A program made the position numbers and the translations under genes. The notes below the pieces were generated by a model that was not told the DNA's origin, did not search any database, and was given only the letters and a program-made list of their open reading frames with translations. Shown here in pieces: positions 20,290-30,732 of a stretch of DNA of 64,000 nt; the first letter of the stretch is position 1, and the number at the start of each line of letters is the position of its first letter. This DNA comes from Pseudonocardia sp. (lineage in GTDB: Bacteria > Actinomycetota > Actinomycetes > Mycobacteriales > Pseudonocardiaceae), in the NCBI GenBank assembly GCA_035540535.1, contig DATLGI010000138.1, positions 6,924 to 70,923 of the forward strand, given 5' to 3'.

Positions 20290-21248
20290 GCCGCCGGCGG
20301 CACCGGCCGCACCGCGCCCACCGGCTCGCCGTGCCCGAGCACCGGCACCCGGCCGAGCTCGTCCGGCACGGGCGCGGTGAGGCCGAGCGCCCGCAGGGCC
20401 GCGACGGCCACCGCGGGCACCGGCCGGGCCGCGCCGTCCAGGATCTTCAGCGCGAACGCCCGCCCGTCCGGCAGGGCCCCGGCGAACACGCCCTCCGCGC
20501 CGTCCTTGGCGACCAGGCCCGGCACGCCGGCGACCAGCCCGGTCACCGTGCGACCGGTGCCGCCGAGCAGCTGCGGGTGCGACCGGATCGCGGTGGCGAC
20601 GCGGTGCTCGACGCCGCCGGCGGGGGCGGTGGCGATCCTGGCGAACGCCCGGGCCAGCCCGGCGAGCGTGCAGGAGAACAGCGGCGCGCCGCAGCCGTCG
20701 ACGGTGGTGTGCGCGGGCGGTCCGTCGCCCGTCAGCTCGCCCGTCGTGGCCGCGATCGCCCGTTGCAGCGGATGCGCGGGGTCGCGGTAGGTCGCGGTCG
20801 GCCACCGGGCGGCGACGCACGTCGCGAGCATCGCGGCGTGCTTGCCCGAGCAGTTCCCGGCGAGCGCCGAGGCGGGCCGGCCCGCGCGGTGGTGCGCGAG
20901 GGCGGCGTCGTCGCCGAGCGGGAAGCCGGGCGTGTTCTGCAGGGCGCCGTCGTCGAGGCCGGCGCCGGCGAGGATCCGCTGCACCCCCACGAGGTGCTCG
21001 GGCTCCCCGGAGTGGCTGGAGCAGGCCAGCGCGAGCAGGTCGGGCGGGAGGTCCAGGCCGACGCGCAGCATCGCGACGGCCTGCACCGGCTTCACCGCGG
21101 AGCGCGGCAGGAACGTCAGATTCGGGTCACCCCGGCCGGTGGTCCCCCCGCTCGGGTCGAGCAGCGCCAGGTGACCCCGGTGCACCGACTCCACGATCGC
21201 GCCGCGGACGACGTGCGCGAGCGCCTCCGCCCCGTCGTCGATCGTCAC
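20274..21248 (-). CDS. asparaginase (Asparaginase_II / Rhizobium-type family)
   Basis: ORF 20274..21248 has VESVHRGH, SAVKPVQA and CSGKHAAML motifs. Confidence 0.8.
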   Translation of the reverse strand: MTIDDGAEALAHVVRGAIVESVHRGHLALLDPSGGTTGRGDPNLTFLPRSAVKPVQAVAMLRVGLDLPPDLLALACSSHSGEPEHLVGVQRILAGAGLDDGALQNTPGFPLGDDAALAHHRAGRPASALAGNCSGKHAAMLATCVAARWPTATYRDPAHPLQRAIAATTGELTGDGPPAHTTVDGCGAPLFSCTLAGLARAFARIATAPAGGVEHRVATAIRSHPQLLGGTGRTVTGLVAGVPGLVAKDGAEGVFAGALPDGRAFALKILDGAARPVPAVAVAALRALGLTAPVPDELGRVPVLGHGEPVGAVRPVPPAAQSLC

Positions 21249-21450
21249 GGGACGACGCTACGTCAGCGGCCCGGGTACCCGCCGACCCGGAACGACGCCG
21301 TGAGTCCGGCGAGGCCCGACCCGTCCAGGACGGCGTGCCGCGGGTGATCGCCACGACCATGGGTGTCGCGGGCCCCGGCCCGCTCGGCCGCGCTGCTTCC
21401 GGCCGGCGGGAGCATTTGCCGCGACGGCCTGCGGAAGCGACGATGGACAG

Positions 21451-23178
21451 ATGTCCGACCCCCAACCGCAGACGCCGCGGGAGATCGGCGAGCGCGCCGC
21501 GAACGTGCTCGCACCCGAGTCCGACCTCTTCGAGGACCTCGACGCCGCCGGTTTCGGCGCCGCCCTGACACAGGCGCTGCGCGCGAACCTGATGCACCCG
21601 TTCGTCCCGGTGCGGGCCGGGATCCAGCTCGCGGCCGACCTCGCCCTCATCCCCGCCGTCGCGGCGGCCCGCGTGACCGGGCAGCAGCCGGAGCCGCCGG
21701 TGCCCGTCGACCCGAGGGACCGGCGCTTCGCCGACCCCGCCTGGGAGGCCAACCCCGCCTTCTACGCGGTGCGCCAGGCCTACCTCGCGGCGTCGCGCTT
21801 CGCCCGCGAGTTGGTGGGCACGCAGCAACTCGACGCGGAGACCGCGCGTAAGGCGCAGATGGCCCTCGACCTGCTGCTCGATGCGGCCGCGCCGACGAAC
21901 TTCCTCCCGACGAACCCGGCGGCGCTCAAGCGCGCGTTCGACACCGGGGGTGCCAGCCTCGTCCGCGGTGCCCGGAACTTCGTGGACGACCTGCTGCACA
22001 ACGAGGGCCGCCCCCGCCAGGTCGACACGACCGGCTTCGAGGTCGGCCGCAACCTGGCCGTCACCCCGGCCAGGGTGGTCTACCGCAACGAGCTCATGGA
22101 ACTGCTCCAGTACGAGCCGCAGACCCCGAAGGTGCGCGCGGCGCCGCTGCTGTGCAGCCCTCCGTGGATCAACAAGTACTACGTCATGGACCTCGCGCCG
22201 GGCCGCAGCTTCATCGAGTGGGCGGTGCAGCACGGGCGCACCGTGTTCGCCATCAGCTACCGCAACCCGGGCCCGGAGATGGCCCGGACGTCGTTGGACG
22301 ACTACCTCGTGCACGGCCCGCAACAGGCGCTCGACGTCATCGCCGACATCACCGGGGCGGAGACCGTCGACATCGTCGGGCTCTGCCTCGGCGGCGCCCT
22401 CACCGCGATCACCGCGGCCTACCTCACCCAGGCCGGTGACGCCCGGGTCGGCACGCTGACGCTGCTCAACACGATGCTGGACTACACCGATCCGGGCGCG
22501 CTGGGCACCTTCACCGACGAGCGCACGGTCGCCAAGCTCGAGCGGAAGATGCGCCGCGAGGGCGGGCTGGAGGGCAAGTCCATGGCCGGGACGTTCGACA
22601 TCCTGCGGGCGAACGACCTGATCTTCAACTACGTCGTGTCGAACTGGCTCATGGGTGAGGACCCGCCGGCGTTCGACATCCTCGCCTGGAACGCGGACAG
22701 CACCCGGATGCCCGCCGAGATGCACGCGTTCTACCTGCGCAACTTCTACGTCGAGAACCGGCTGGCGGAGGGCACGCTGGAGATCGCGGGACGCACCATC
22801 GACCTCAGCGTCATCAAGTCGCCGACCTACGTCGTCAGCGCCGTCAACGACCACATCGTGCCGTGGGAGTCCGCCTACAAGACGGTGGGCCTGGTCAGCG
22901 GCCCGGTCCGCTACGTCCTGTCCAGCGGCGGGCACATCGCCGGGATCGTGAACCCGCCGGGACCGAAGGCGTGGTACCAGGTCAGCGAGACCGAGGAGGC
23001 GCTGCCACCCACCGGGGCGGCCTGGCGAAGCGTGGCGGAGCGGCGCGCGGGGTCCTGGTGGGAGGACTGGGCGGACTGGTCGGACGCCCACTCCGGTGAG
23101 CTCGGCACGCCCCCGGGGATCGGCAGCCGCGACCACCCGGACCTCGGCCCGGGCCCGGGGGACTACATCCGCACCTGA
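21451..23178 (+). CDS. phaC: class I poly(R)-hydroxyalkanoate synthase
   Basis: ORF 21451..23178 has the lipase-like box GLCLGG, the [12 protein letters not shown] motif, and matching length. Confidence 0.9.
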   Translation: MSDPQPQTPREIGERAANVLAPESDLFEDLDAAGFGAALTQALRANLMHPFVPVRAGIQLAADLALIPAVAAARVTGQQPEPPVPVDPRDRRFADPAWEANPAFYAVRQAYLAASRFARELVGTQQLDAETARKAQMALDLLLDAAAPTNFLPTNPAALKRAFDTGGASLVRGARNFVDDLLHNEGRPRQVDTTGFEVGRNLAVTPARVVYRNELMELLQYEPQTPKVRAAPLLCSPPWINKYYVMDLAPGRSFIEWAVQHGRTVFAISYRNPGPEMARTSLDDYLVHGPQQALDVIADITGAETVDIVGLCLGGALTAITAAYLTQAGDARVGTLTLLNTMLDYTDPGALGTFTDERTVAKLERKMRREGGLEGKSMAGTFDILRANDLIFNYVVSNWLMGEDPPAFDILAWNADSTRMPAEMHAFYLRNFYVENRLAEGTLEIAGRTIDLSVIKSPTYVVSAVNDHIVPWESAYKTVGLVSGPVRYVLSSGGHIAGIVNPPGPKAWYQVSETEEALPPTGAAWRSVAERRAGSWWEDWADWSDAHSGELGTPPGIGSRDHPDLGPGPGDYIRT

Positions 23179-23246
23179 CCCGGCCGGGACACCGCCGCCA
23201 TCCCACTGGATGGTGCTAGGATGGCGTCCGGCTGGAAGGGGGCCGG

Positions 23247-23642
23247 ATGGCCGAGGTGGAGAAGAGCGAGAAGATCACCATCAACGTCGGGCTCGTCGAT
23301 CTGGGCCAGATCGACCTGCTCGTCGACGAGGGCTTCTACGCCAACCGCACCGACTTCATCCGCACCGCCATCCGGCGCCAGCTCGAGAGCCGGGCGGCCG
23401 CGGTGGACCACACGGTGGTGCGCCGGGCACTGACGCTCGGCACGCGGCACCTGAGCCGGCGCGACCTCGAGGCCCTGCGCGACGCGGGGCAGCAGATCGA
23501 GCTGCGCGTCCTCGGGCTCGCCACCGTCGCCGACGACGTCAGCCCGGAGCTGGCGTTGGCGACGATCGCGTCCGTCGAGGTGCTCGGCGCGTTCCGGGCG
23601 CCGCGGGCGGTGAAGGCCGCGCTCGCCCCGCGCACCGTCTGA
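23247..23642 (+). CDS. ribbon-helix-helix (CopG/Arc/MetJ-like) DNA-binding protein
   Basis: ORF 23247..23642 has an N-terminal KITINVG...[17 protein letters not shown] pattern and an 80-aa C-terminal domain of unknown type. Confidence 0.6.
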   Translation: MAEVEKSEKITINVGLVDLGQIDLLVDEGFYANRTDFIRTAIRRQLESRAAAVDHTVVRRALTLGTRHLSRRDLEALRDAGQQIELRVLGLATVADDVSPELALATIASVEVLGAFRAPRAVKAALAPRTV

Positions 23643-23716
23643 CGCGACGACGACGGACCCACGTGGAGCGTCGACCGACCGGTCGACGCCCGATCCCGCA
23701 CACCCGGAAGGCACCC

Positions 23717-24844
23717 ATGGACCACACCGCCGCCATGCCCGAGGCGCTGCGCCTCGTCCGCGCCGGACGCCTGCACGAGGCGACCGCGCTGCTGCAACGC
23801 ACGCTGGGCGGCGCCCCTCCCGCCCCGACGTCGCCTGCCGGCACCGACGACCCCGGACCGCGGACGCGACCGGCACCGCGCGACCTCGGGGGCCTGCGCG
23901 GCCGGCTGCGGGAGGCGCTCGGCACGGGTGGCGCGGCCGGCCTGCCGGGCCTGCTGCCCGGCGCCCGCCCGCACCCGGCACGGGCCGCCGCGGCCGCCGC
24001 GCCGGGCGGCGGGATCCGCCACCTCGTGCACACCGAGCCGGCCGGCACCCGCACCTACGACCTCTACGTCCCCACGGGTCACCCCGGCGAGCCCGTGCCG
24101 CTGGTCGTCATGCTGCACGGCGGCCGGCAGGACGCGCTCGACTGCGCGGCCGGCACCCGGCTGAACGAGCTCGCCGAGCGGCACACGTTCCTCGTCGCCT
24201 ATCCGGAGCAGGCCCGGCAGGCCAACCCCGGGGGGTACTGGAACTGGTTCGAGCCGGGCCACCAGCGGGCCGGGGCCGGGGAGCCCTCGATCCTCGCCGG
24301 CATCACCCGGCGGATCATGGCCGAGCACGCCGTCGACCCGGACCGGGTGTACGTCGCCGGGTTCTCCGCCGGCGGGGCGATGGCGGCGGTGCTCGCCGCG
24401 GTCCATCCCGAGCTCTACGCCGCCGCCGCGGTGCACTCCGGGATCGCGTACGGCACGGCGCACGACGTCGGGTCGGCGTTCGCGGCGATGCGCACGGGCG
24501 GCTCGCCGGGGCCGGGCGGCCGGGTGCCGCTGATCGTGTTCCAGGGCGACGCCGACGCCGTCGTCGCGCCGGTGAACGCCGCGACGCTGGTCGACGCGCG
24601 CCTGGCGGCCGCGGGACCGGCCGCCACCGCCACGACCGACCACCCGGGCGGCGCGAGGCGGGCGGTGACGCGGACCGTGCACGCGGACGCCGACGGCGAG
24701 GTGCTCGCCGAGTGCTGGACGGTGCACGGCGGCGGCCACACGTGGTTCGGCGGGAGCCCGGCCGGCTCGTACACCGATCCGTCGGGGCCGGACGCGTCCG
24801 CCGAGATGGTGCGGTTCTTCCTGGCTCACGGCCGCGGGGCCTGA
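23717..24844 (+). CDS. PHB depolymerase family esterase
   Basis: ATG at 23717 in the frame of ORF 23096..24844. It has [14 protein letters not shown]...NPGGYWNWF and a GFSAGGAM serine box. Confidence 0.85.
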   Translation: MDHTAAMPEALRLVRAGRLHEATALLQRTLGGAPPAPTSPAGTDDPGPRTRPAPRDLGGLRGRLREALGTGGAAGLPGLLPGARPHPARAAAAAAPGGGIRHLVHTEPAGTRTYDLYVPTGHPGEPVPLVVMLHGGRQDALDCAAGTRLNELAERHTFLVAYPEQARQANPGGYWNWFEPGHQRAGAGEPSILAGITRRIMAEHAVDPDRVYVAGFSAGGAMAAVLAAVHPELYAAAAVHSGIAYGTAHDVGSAFAAMRTGGSPGPGGRVPLIVFQGDADAVVAPVNAATLVDARLAAAGPAATATTDHPGGARRAVTRTVHADADGEVLAECWTVHGGGHTWFGGSPAGSYTDPSGPDASAEMVRFFLAHGRGA

Positions 24845-24873
24845 GCCCGCGGGTGCCGGCACCGGCGCGGCCT

Positions 24874-24911
24874 GATCGGCGCTGCCGATCATCCCGGCCG
24901 CAACCGGCCGG
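24874..24911. terminator. two tandem perfect hairpins between convergent genes
   Basis: The hairpins are GATCGGC-GCT-GCCGATC (24874-24890) and CCGGCCG-CAAC-CGGCCGG (24894-24911). Confidence 0.4.
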
Positions 24912-24968
24912 TGATCACATTCTCCGATCGTGTTGCTGACCGGACGTCGCGGCACGCGGCCGCCGGGC

Positions 24969-26753
24969 TCAGACGGCGGTCCGGGTCAGCTTCCGCCACA
25001 CCCAGCTCGACGGCACCCGCCGCCCCGTCACGACGTACTCGCGCACGGCGTCCACGAGCAGTGTCGTGTCCAGCGCCCGCCGGGCGGCGGGCGACCCGAC
25101 GAGGAGCAGCTCGTCGTCGGGGGCCAGGAGGAAGTCGCCGTCCGGGGCGAGCGCGGCGTCGTCGCCGCGGCGGATCAGCAGCGTGACGGCGTGCAGCGGC
25201 TCGTCACGGTCCTCCGGGTTGCGCAGGAGATCACCCAGCCGGGCCCGGCCGGAAGCCGGCCAGTCGCCGAGCGCGGGGGCCTCCCGCGGGGTGAGCCGGA
25301 CCTTCCACAGCGACTGCAGGTGCGTCCCGCACACCTGCGTCAGCCGGTCGACGAGCGCGGCCGCCCAGGCGTCGCCCCGGGCCGGCAGCTCCCGCAGGAA
25401 CCGCCAGAGCAGCGGCGTGGACAGCTGCGCGTACACCTCGTGCGCGATGGTCTCGGTGGGAACGAGCAGCGCGTCGATCCGCATCGCGGCGAACAGCGGC
25501 GAGCTCGACGGCCGGTTCTGCCGCGCCGCGACGAACAGCCGCGGGTTGGCCCGCCGCGCGGCGGCGACCAGCGAGAGGTTCGTGGTGTCGTTGTCGGTGC
25601 CCGCGACGAACCCGGCGGCCCGGTCGAGGCCGACGGCGGCGAGCACCCGCGGGTCCGACCCGTCCGCGACGAGGACGTCGGAGTCCCCGTCGTCGGCGTG
25701 CGGGTCGATCGCGGTGACCCGCATGCCGGCCGCGCGCAGGTCCGCGCAGATCTCGTGGCCCAGGCGCCCGTACCCGCACACCACCCAGGCGCCGTGGCGC
25801 GGCGGGCACCCCCGCTCGGGCAGCGGCGCCCCGGGACCGTTCTCCAGCCAGCTGGTGAGCTGGTGGGCCGCCGGGGCCTGCAACGCCAGGCGCAGGTGGT
25901 CGCCGAAGCAGTCGAAGGGGTTGACGACGTTCGGGCTGCCGAACGCCCGCATCCGCTCGGCGAGCACGTGCGAGGTGGTCCGGGCGATCACGGGCAGCTC
26001 CGGGCGCAGCAGCGCCGCGGCCATGACGACCGCGAGGTTGGCCTCCTCGTCGTCGGTCAACGCGAGCACGGCCTCGCACGAGGGGTGGTCGAGCCCGGCG
26101 GCGCCGAGGTGCCCGGGATCGCGCGCGTCGGCGGCCAGGGCCGGCACGTCGGCGTGGAAGGTGCCCAGCTCCAGCTCGTCGACCCGGTTCCGGTCGCTGT
26201 CGAGGACGACGAACCGCCTGCCCAGCTTGTCGAAGGACCGCCCGAGCAGCTCCCCGGTGCGGCCGTACCCCACCATCAGCAGGAACGGCTCGCGCAGCCG
26301 CGCCACCTTGCGGCGGAAGTGCTGCAACGCCAGCGCCTGCCGGAACGCGCGGTCCTGTACCAGCGCCAGCAGCGACCCGATGGCGTAGGCCCAACCGACC
26401 ACCGTGAGGTAGATCGAGATCGTCACCCACATCCGCTGGCCGTAGGTGAAGGGGTACGGGATCTCGCCGAAGCCGATCGTCGAGGCCGTGTAGCTCATGA
26501 CGTAGAAGGCGTCGAAGAAGCCCATCCGCCACGGCCGGCCCTCGGGGTCCTCGCCGGGGATGAGCGTCAGACCGAGCACGCTGATCGCGAAGATCACGAT
26601 CAGGACGATCAGCGGCGCGCGCATGCGCCGCATCACCAGGAAGATCGTGGCGGTCGCCTCGGCGGCGGGCGCGGCCCCGACCCGGCGCCGCGGCCGCCGG
26701 TCCTCGTCCGCGCCGATCAGCTGCAGCCAGAACGCGAGGAGTGGGTTGGCCAC
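24969..26753 (-). CDS. potassium channel protein with two RCK/TrkA-N domains
   Basis: ORF 24969..26753 has a pore-helix/filter YTASTIGFGE and two Rossmann-like VGYGRTG / VCGYGRLG motifs. Confidence 0.85.
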   Translation of the reverse strand: MANPLLAFWLQLIGADEDRRPRRRVGAAPAAEATATIFLVMRRMRAPLIVLIVIFAISVLGLTLIPGEDPEGRPWRMGFFDAFYVMSYTASTIGFGEIPYPFTYGQRMWVTISIYLTVVGWAYAIGSLLALVQDRAFRQALALQHFRRKVARLREPFLLMVGYGRTGELLGRSFDKLGRRFVVLDSDRNRVDELELGTFHADVPALAADARDPGHLGAAGLDHPSCEAVLALTDDEEANLAVVMAAALLRPELPVIARTTSHVLAERMRAFGSPNVVNPFDCFGDHLRLALQAPAAHQLTSWLENGPGAPLPERGCPPRHGAWVVCGYGRLGHEICADLRAAGMRVTAIDPHADDGDSDVLVADGSDPRVLAAVGLDRAAGFVAGTDNDTTNLSLVAAARRANPRLFVAARQNRPSSSPLFAAMRIDALLVPTETIAHEVYAQLSTPLLWRFLRELPARGDAWAAALVDRLTQVCGTHLQSLWKVRLTPREAPALGDWPASGRARLGDLLRNPEDRDEPLHAVTLLIRRGDDAALAPDGDFLLAPDDELLLVGSPAARRALDTTLLVDAVREYVVTGRRVPSSWVWRKLTRTAV

Positions 26754-26765
26754 GACGACCTCCGA

Positions 26766-27152
26766 TCATCCGCGGCGGAACGACACCGTCTCGACGACCA
26801 GCAACACGACCGACACCACGTTCGCGACGAGCGCGCCGCCCGACAGCGACACGGCGCTGGCCGTCGCGCCGGCGGTGAGCCCCTCGGTCGAGACGTAGAC
26901 GGCGTAGCCCCACACCAGGCCGGCCGCGATCAGCTGCAGGTCCGCGACCAGGCTCGTCGCGAGGTGCACCGCACCGATCTGGGTACGGTCGCCGAACTTG
27001 AGCACCGTGGCGATGAGGTTCACCACGATCGCCGCGAACAGCTCGTAGGGGTTGTGCAGCACCGGGTTGTCGATGTCGCCGATGAAGAACCCGAAGTTCA
27101 GGGTCGCGGCGAGCAGCACGAAGAAGCCGAAGACGACCTTCTCCAGGTTCAT
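26766..27152 (-). CDS. small membrane protein co-transcribed with the K+ channel
   Basis: ORF 26766..27152 is hydrophobic (4 TM). Its stop lies 12 nt upstream of the channel start. Confidence 0.6.
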   Translation of the reverse strand: MNLEKVVFGFFVLLAATLNFGFFIGDIDNPVLHNPYELFAAIVVNLIATVLKFGDRTQIGAVHLATSLVADLQLIAAGLVWGYAVYVSTEGLTAGATASAVSLSGGALVANVVSVVLLVVETVSFRRG

Positions 27153-27195
27153 CCGTCCTCCTCGCCGCTCGGGAGGGACCGGCAGGTCGTCCAGG

Positions 27196-29019
27196 TCACG
27201 CGTTGATTCCGTACTGCCGGATCTTCCGGTAGAGCGATGAGCGTGCCAGGCCGAGCGCGGTGGCGGCGGCCACGCGGTTGCCGCCGGCTTCGCGCAGCGC
27301 GCTCACGATCGCGTCGCGCTCGGCCTCATCCACGGGGCGCAGCGCGCTGCGCGGCGTGCTCTGGCAGAACGCGGGCAGATCGGCCACCTCGATGCGGCCT
27401 ACGGGTCGTCGGCGCAGGGCGAACGCGAGCGCATCCCTGAGCTGGCGCACGTTGCCGGGCCACCCGTAGCGCCCCACCAGCCGCTGCGCCTCTCGGGACA
27501 GCCGCACGTCCCGGTGCGGGGCCAGCTCGGCCAGCACGGCGTCGACCAGGGCGGGCAGGTCGGAGCAGCGGCTCCGCAACGGTGGCACGGTCACCGACGT
27601 CCGGAACAACGCCAGCAGCGCGTCGTTCGCGGGGGTGGTCCGGGCGAACTCGGCGGCGGTGGCGGCGATCGACAGGGGGGCGTCCGCGCGGTTGGCGAGA
27701 GCGCCGAGAAGTCGGTCCACCGCCGTGCTGGACAGCCGATCGATATCGCGCAGCACGGGCAGCACGGGTGGCGATTGCGCCCGCAGGATCCGGGCGGCCA
27801 CGTCCCCGGGGGCTGCCTCGACCTGCTCGGCCTCGAGCGCGACGGCACGGCCCGTCTCGTGCGTGTGCCGGTAGAGGTCGGACAGAAGCGTGAACCGCCC
27901 GCTTCCGGCCTCGCCGAGGACGAGCACCGCCGCGTCGGCCCGCAGTGCCTTCGCCACGGTCGCCGCCGCGGCGCGCCACGCGGGGCAGCCGCTCTCCGCG
28001 GCCCCCACGGCCTGTGCGCGGGCCGGCCGGACCGGACGGTCGACCGCGGGCCGGAGGCGGGGGCCGGGGACGCCGTCGACCTCGTTCAGCACCGTGACCA
28101 CTCCGACCATCCCGGCGATGGCGCTGCCGACGGTCACGGTCGACCCCCGCAGCCGCACCCGGATCCCGGACGGCAGGTCGACCCGGTCGTCGACGGAGGG
28201 GTGGCGAAGCATGAGGAACCGGGCGTGGTCCTGCAAGGCCAACAGGTCGCCCGGGTCGAGCAGACCCTGCATCGGCGAGTTCGTCAGCACGGTCCGCTGT
28301 CCCACCGCCAGCACGGCCTGCCTGCTGCGCGCGTCGACACGCGTGTAGGCATCGAACAGCGCCTGCTGCAGCTGGTTGCGGTCGGTCAGCAGGTTGTTCT
28401 CGATTTGCGCCGCCGCCGAGCGGACGAGCGAGTGCAGGATCGGCGACGAGTGCTCGCTCAGGCAGCTGATGTCCAGCACACCCTCGATCCGGCCCGTGAA
28501 CGGGTCACGTACCGGAGCACCGGCACACGCATAGGGCTGCAGACTCTCGACGAAGTGCTCGGCCCCGACGATGTGCACGGACTCGCCGTACTCCAGGACC
28601 GTCCCGACGCCGTTGGTGCCGACCGATCCCTCGGCGTAGCCGAAGCCCTGCGCGAAGTACGCGGCGTCCGCGATGCGTCCCATCCACGAGCTGGCGTCCT
28701 TGCGGACGAGGAGACGGGCACGGTTGTCCGTCAGCGCCACACACGTGGGGATCTCCGCGATCTGCTCGACGAGCTGCTCGATCACCGGTCGCGCACAGCG
28801 GACGAGGCGCGAGCCGAAGTCGAGATCGGCGCAGTACTCGTTGGCCACGACGCTGGGATCGATCCCGTTGGAGATGCTGCGTCGCCAGGACGCGGCCACA
28901 TGGTCGGGCACGCCGCTCAGATCCACGTCCGGGCGCCTCAGCAACTGGGCGCGGGCGGACGCGAGCAGCAGCCGGCGATCAGCGAGGTCCCCCATGGCCC
29001 ACACCCCCCGGTGCGACAT
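27196..29019 (-). CDS. AcoR/Fis-type transcriptional regulator (GAF + degenerate AAA+ + C-terminal HTH)
   Basis: ORF 27196..29298 with the likely start at Met 29019 or 28995. It has the N-terminal VAASWRRS motif, a degenerate Walker A (GEAGSGRF), WPGNVRQL, and a Fis-type HTH (AAATALGLARSSLYRKI). Confidence 0.8.
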   Translation of the reverse strand: MSHRGVWAMGDLADRRLLLASARAQLLRRPDVDLSGVPDHVAASWRRSISNGIDPSVVANEYCADLDFGSRLVRCARPVIEQLVEQIAEIPTCVALTDNRARLLVRKDASSWMGRIADAAYFAQGFGYAEGSVGTNGVGTVLEYGESVHIVGAEHFVESLQPYACAGAPVRDPFTGRIEGVLDISCLSEHSSPILHSLVRSAAAQIENNLLTDRNQLQQALFDAYTRVDARSRQAVLAVGQRTVLTNSPMQGLLDPGDLLALQDHARFLMLRHPSVDDRVDLPSGIRVRLRGSTVTVGSAIAGMVGVVTVLNEVDGVPGPRLRPAVDRPVRPARAQAVGAAESGCPAWRAAAATVAKALRADAAVLVLGEAGSGRFTLLSDLYRHTHETGRAVALEAEQVEAAPGDVAARILRAQSPPVLPVLRDIDRLSSTAVDRLLGALANRADAPLSIAATAAEFARTTPANDALLALFRTSVTVPPLRSRCSDLPALVDAVLAELAPHRDVRLSREAQRLVGRYGWPGNVRQLRDALAFALRRRPVGRIEVADLPAFCQSTPRSALRPVDEAERDAIVSALREAGGNRVAAATALGLARSSLYRKIRQYGINA

Positions 29020-29178
29020 GCACAGATCGCGTTCTCGGTCAAGGGGCCGGGGTGTCCGACTTTGGGACGGGTCGTGCCCCACGACGTCCGCATACCGTGA
29101 CCAGTATTCCGCCTCCCGCCGACCGGCGCAGGAGACCGACGTGATCAAGAGCAATCGATGCGCACAGAAGGTAGGGCC

Positions 29179-30695
29179 ATGACGACGACTGCACCCGCAA
29201 CGGCTCCGGAACAGGGCACGGACGAGGTCCGCGACACCGAGCACGTCGACGTCCTCATCGTCGGCGCCGGGGTCTCCGGGCTCGGCGCCGCGCAACACCT
29301 GCAGAAGCGGTTCCCCGACCGGACCTTCGTCGTCCTCGAGGCCCAGGACGACCGTGGCGGCACGTGGTGGACCAACCGGTTCCCGGGTATCCGCTCCGAC
29401 AGCGACCTGTTCACCTACGGCTCCGGGACAAGCCCTGGCGTGGGCCGTCGATCGCGGCCGGGGAGGAGATCCTCAAGTACCTCGACGAGGTCATCGAGGA
29501 GAACGACCTCGCCCAGCACATCCGATACCACCACCGGGTCACCGCCGCCGCCTGGGACACCGAAGAGCGCCGGTGGACCGTGGAGGTCACCCGGGGTGAC
29601 ACCGGGGAGCGGGTGCGCTTCACCACCGACTTCCTGTGGATGTGCCAGGGCTACTACAACCACGACAAGCCCTACCAGCCGCGCTGGGAAGGCATGGACC
29701 GGTTCCAGGGCACGATCGTGCACCCACAGCAGTGGCCGCAGGACCTCGACTACGCCGGCAAGCGCGTCGTCGTGATCGGTTCCGGCTCCACCGCCTCGAC
29801 GCTGGTCCCGGCGCTCGCGCAGAAGGCGGCGCACGTCACGATGGTGCAGCGCTCGCCCTCCTACTACTTCGCCGCGCCGACCACCCACGAGCTCGCCGTG
29901 CAGCTGGAGCCGCTGGACCTCCCGCCGGAGTGGACGCACGAGATCCTGCGCCGCCAGTACCTCTCGCAGTTCCACTGGTTGGCCAGGACGTCGCTGGAAG
30001 CGCCCGACGAGCTGCACGCGTTCCTCATCGAGGGGATCCGGCCACTGCTGCCCGAGGGATTCGACATCGAGAAGCACTTCACCCCGCGGTACCGCCCGTG
30101 GCAGCAGCGCATCGCCATCGTCCCGGACGGCGACTTCTTCGCGGCCCTGCGCGAGGGGAAGGCCTCGATCGTCACCGACACGATCGAGGAGTTCACCGAG
30201 ACGGGAATCCGCGTCAGCTCCGGCGAGGAGCTCGAGGCCGACATCGTCGTCACCGCGACCGGCTTCAACCTCTCGGCGTTCGGCGACATCCCGTTCACCG
30301 TCGACGGCGAGGCGGTCGACTTCACCGAGCGGATCACCTGGCGCGGCATCATGATCACCGGGGTGCCGAACATGGCCTACGTGTTCGGCTACTTCCGGCA
30401 CAGCTGGACGCTGCGTGCGGACCTCGTCAGCGACGTGGTGATCCGACTCATGGAGAACATGCAGCTCAAGGACGCCACGATGGTCGTCCCGACGCTGCGG
30501 CCCGAGGATTCCGACATGCAGATCCGGCCGTGGTCGGACCCGGAGAACTTCAACTCCGGCTACGTCATGCGCTCACAGCACGTGTTGTTCAAGCAGGGCG
30601 ACCGCGAGCCGTGGACCCACATGCTGGAGCACGACGAGGAGCTGGAGCTCCTGCCGAAGGCCGACCTCGACGACGGGACGCTCGTCTACCGCTGA
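29179..30695 (+). pseudogene. flavin-containing (Baeyer-Villiger type) monooxygenase disrupted by a 1-nt frameshift near 29422
   Basis: The N-terminal FAD motif (VLIVGAGVSGLGAA ... GGTWWTNRFPGIRSDSDLFTYG) is in the frame of ORF 29158. The rest (RDKPWRGPSIAAGEEILKYL ... VVVIGSGSTA ...) is in the frame of ORF 29364. The total length is not a multiple of 3. Confidence 0.8.
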
Positions 30696-30732
30696 ACCCG
30701 ACCGTTCACATCCGACCATCGAGGAGATCCCC

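Noticed and set aside
17377-21347. Very long ORFs in the track (17377..20820 minus, 1147 aa; 17919..21347 plus, 1142 aa). Similar ones are 965..2674 minus, 4134..5642 minus, 12285..15140 minus, 14500..16800 plus, 15137..17461 minus, 21127..23136 minus and 24930..27206 plus.
   Set aside because: Their translations are Arg/Pro/Gly/Ala low-complexity. They overlap well-supported genes (glpK, TerC, asparaginase, phaC, glpD, the K+ channel) in other frames or strands. These are typical shadow ORFs of a very GC-rich genome.
23247-23642. RHH protein as a type II antitoxin (ParD/CopG-like).
   Set aside because: There is no small toxin-like ORF immediately upstream or downstream. The flanking genes are PHA enzymes.
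29364-30695. Treating ORF 29364..30695 as an independent monooxygenase gene starting at its own ATG.
   Set aside because: Its first ~20 codons are out-of-frame read-through of the upstream FAD-binding segment. The true N-terminus (GAGVSGLG) lies in the neighbouring frame, so this is one frameshifted gene.
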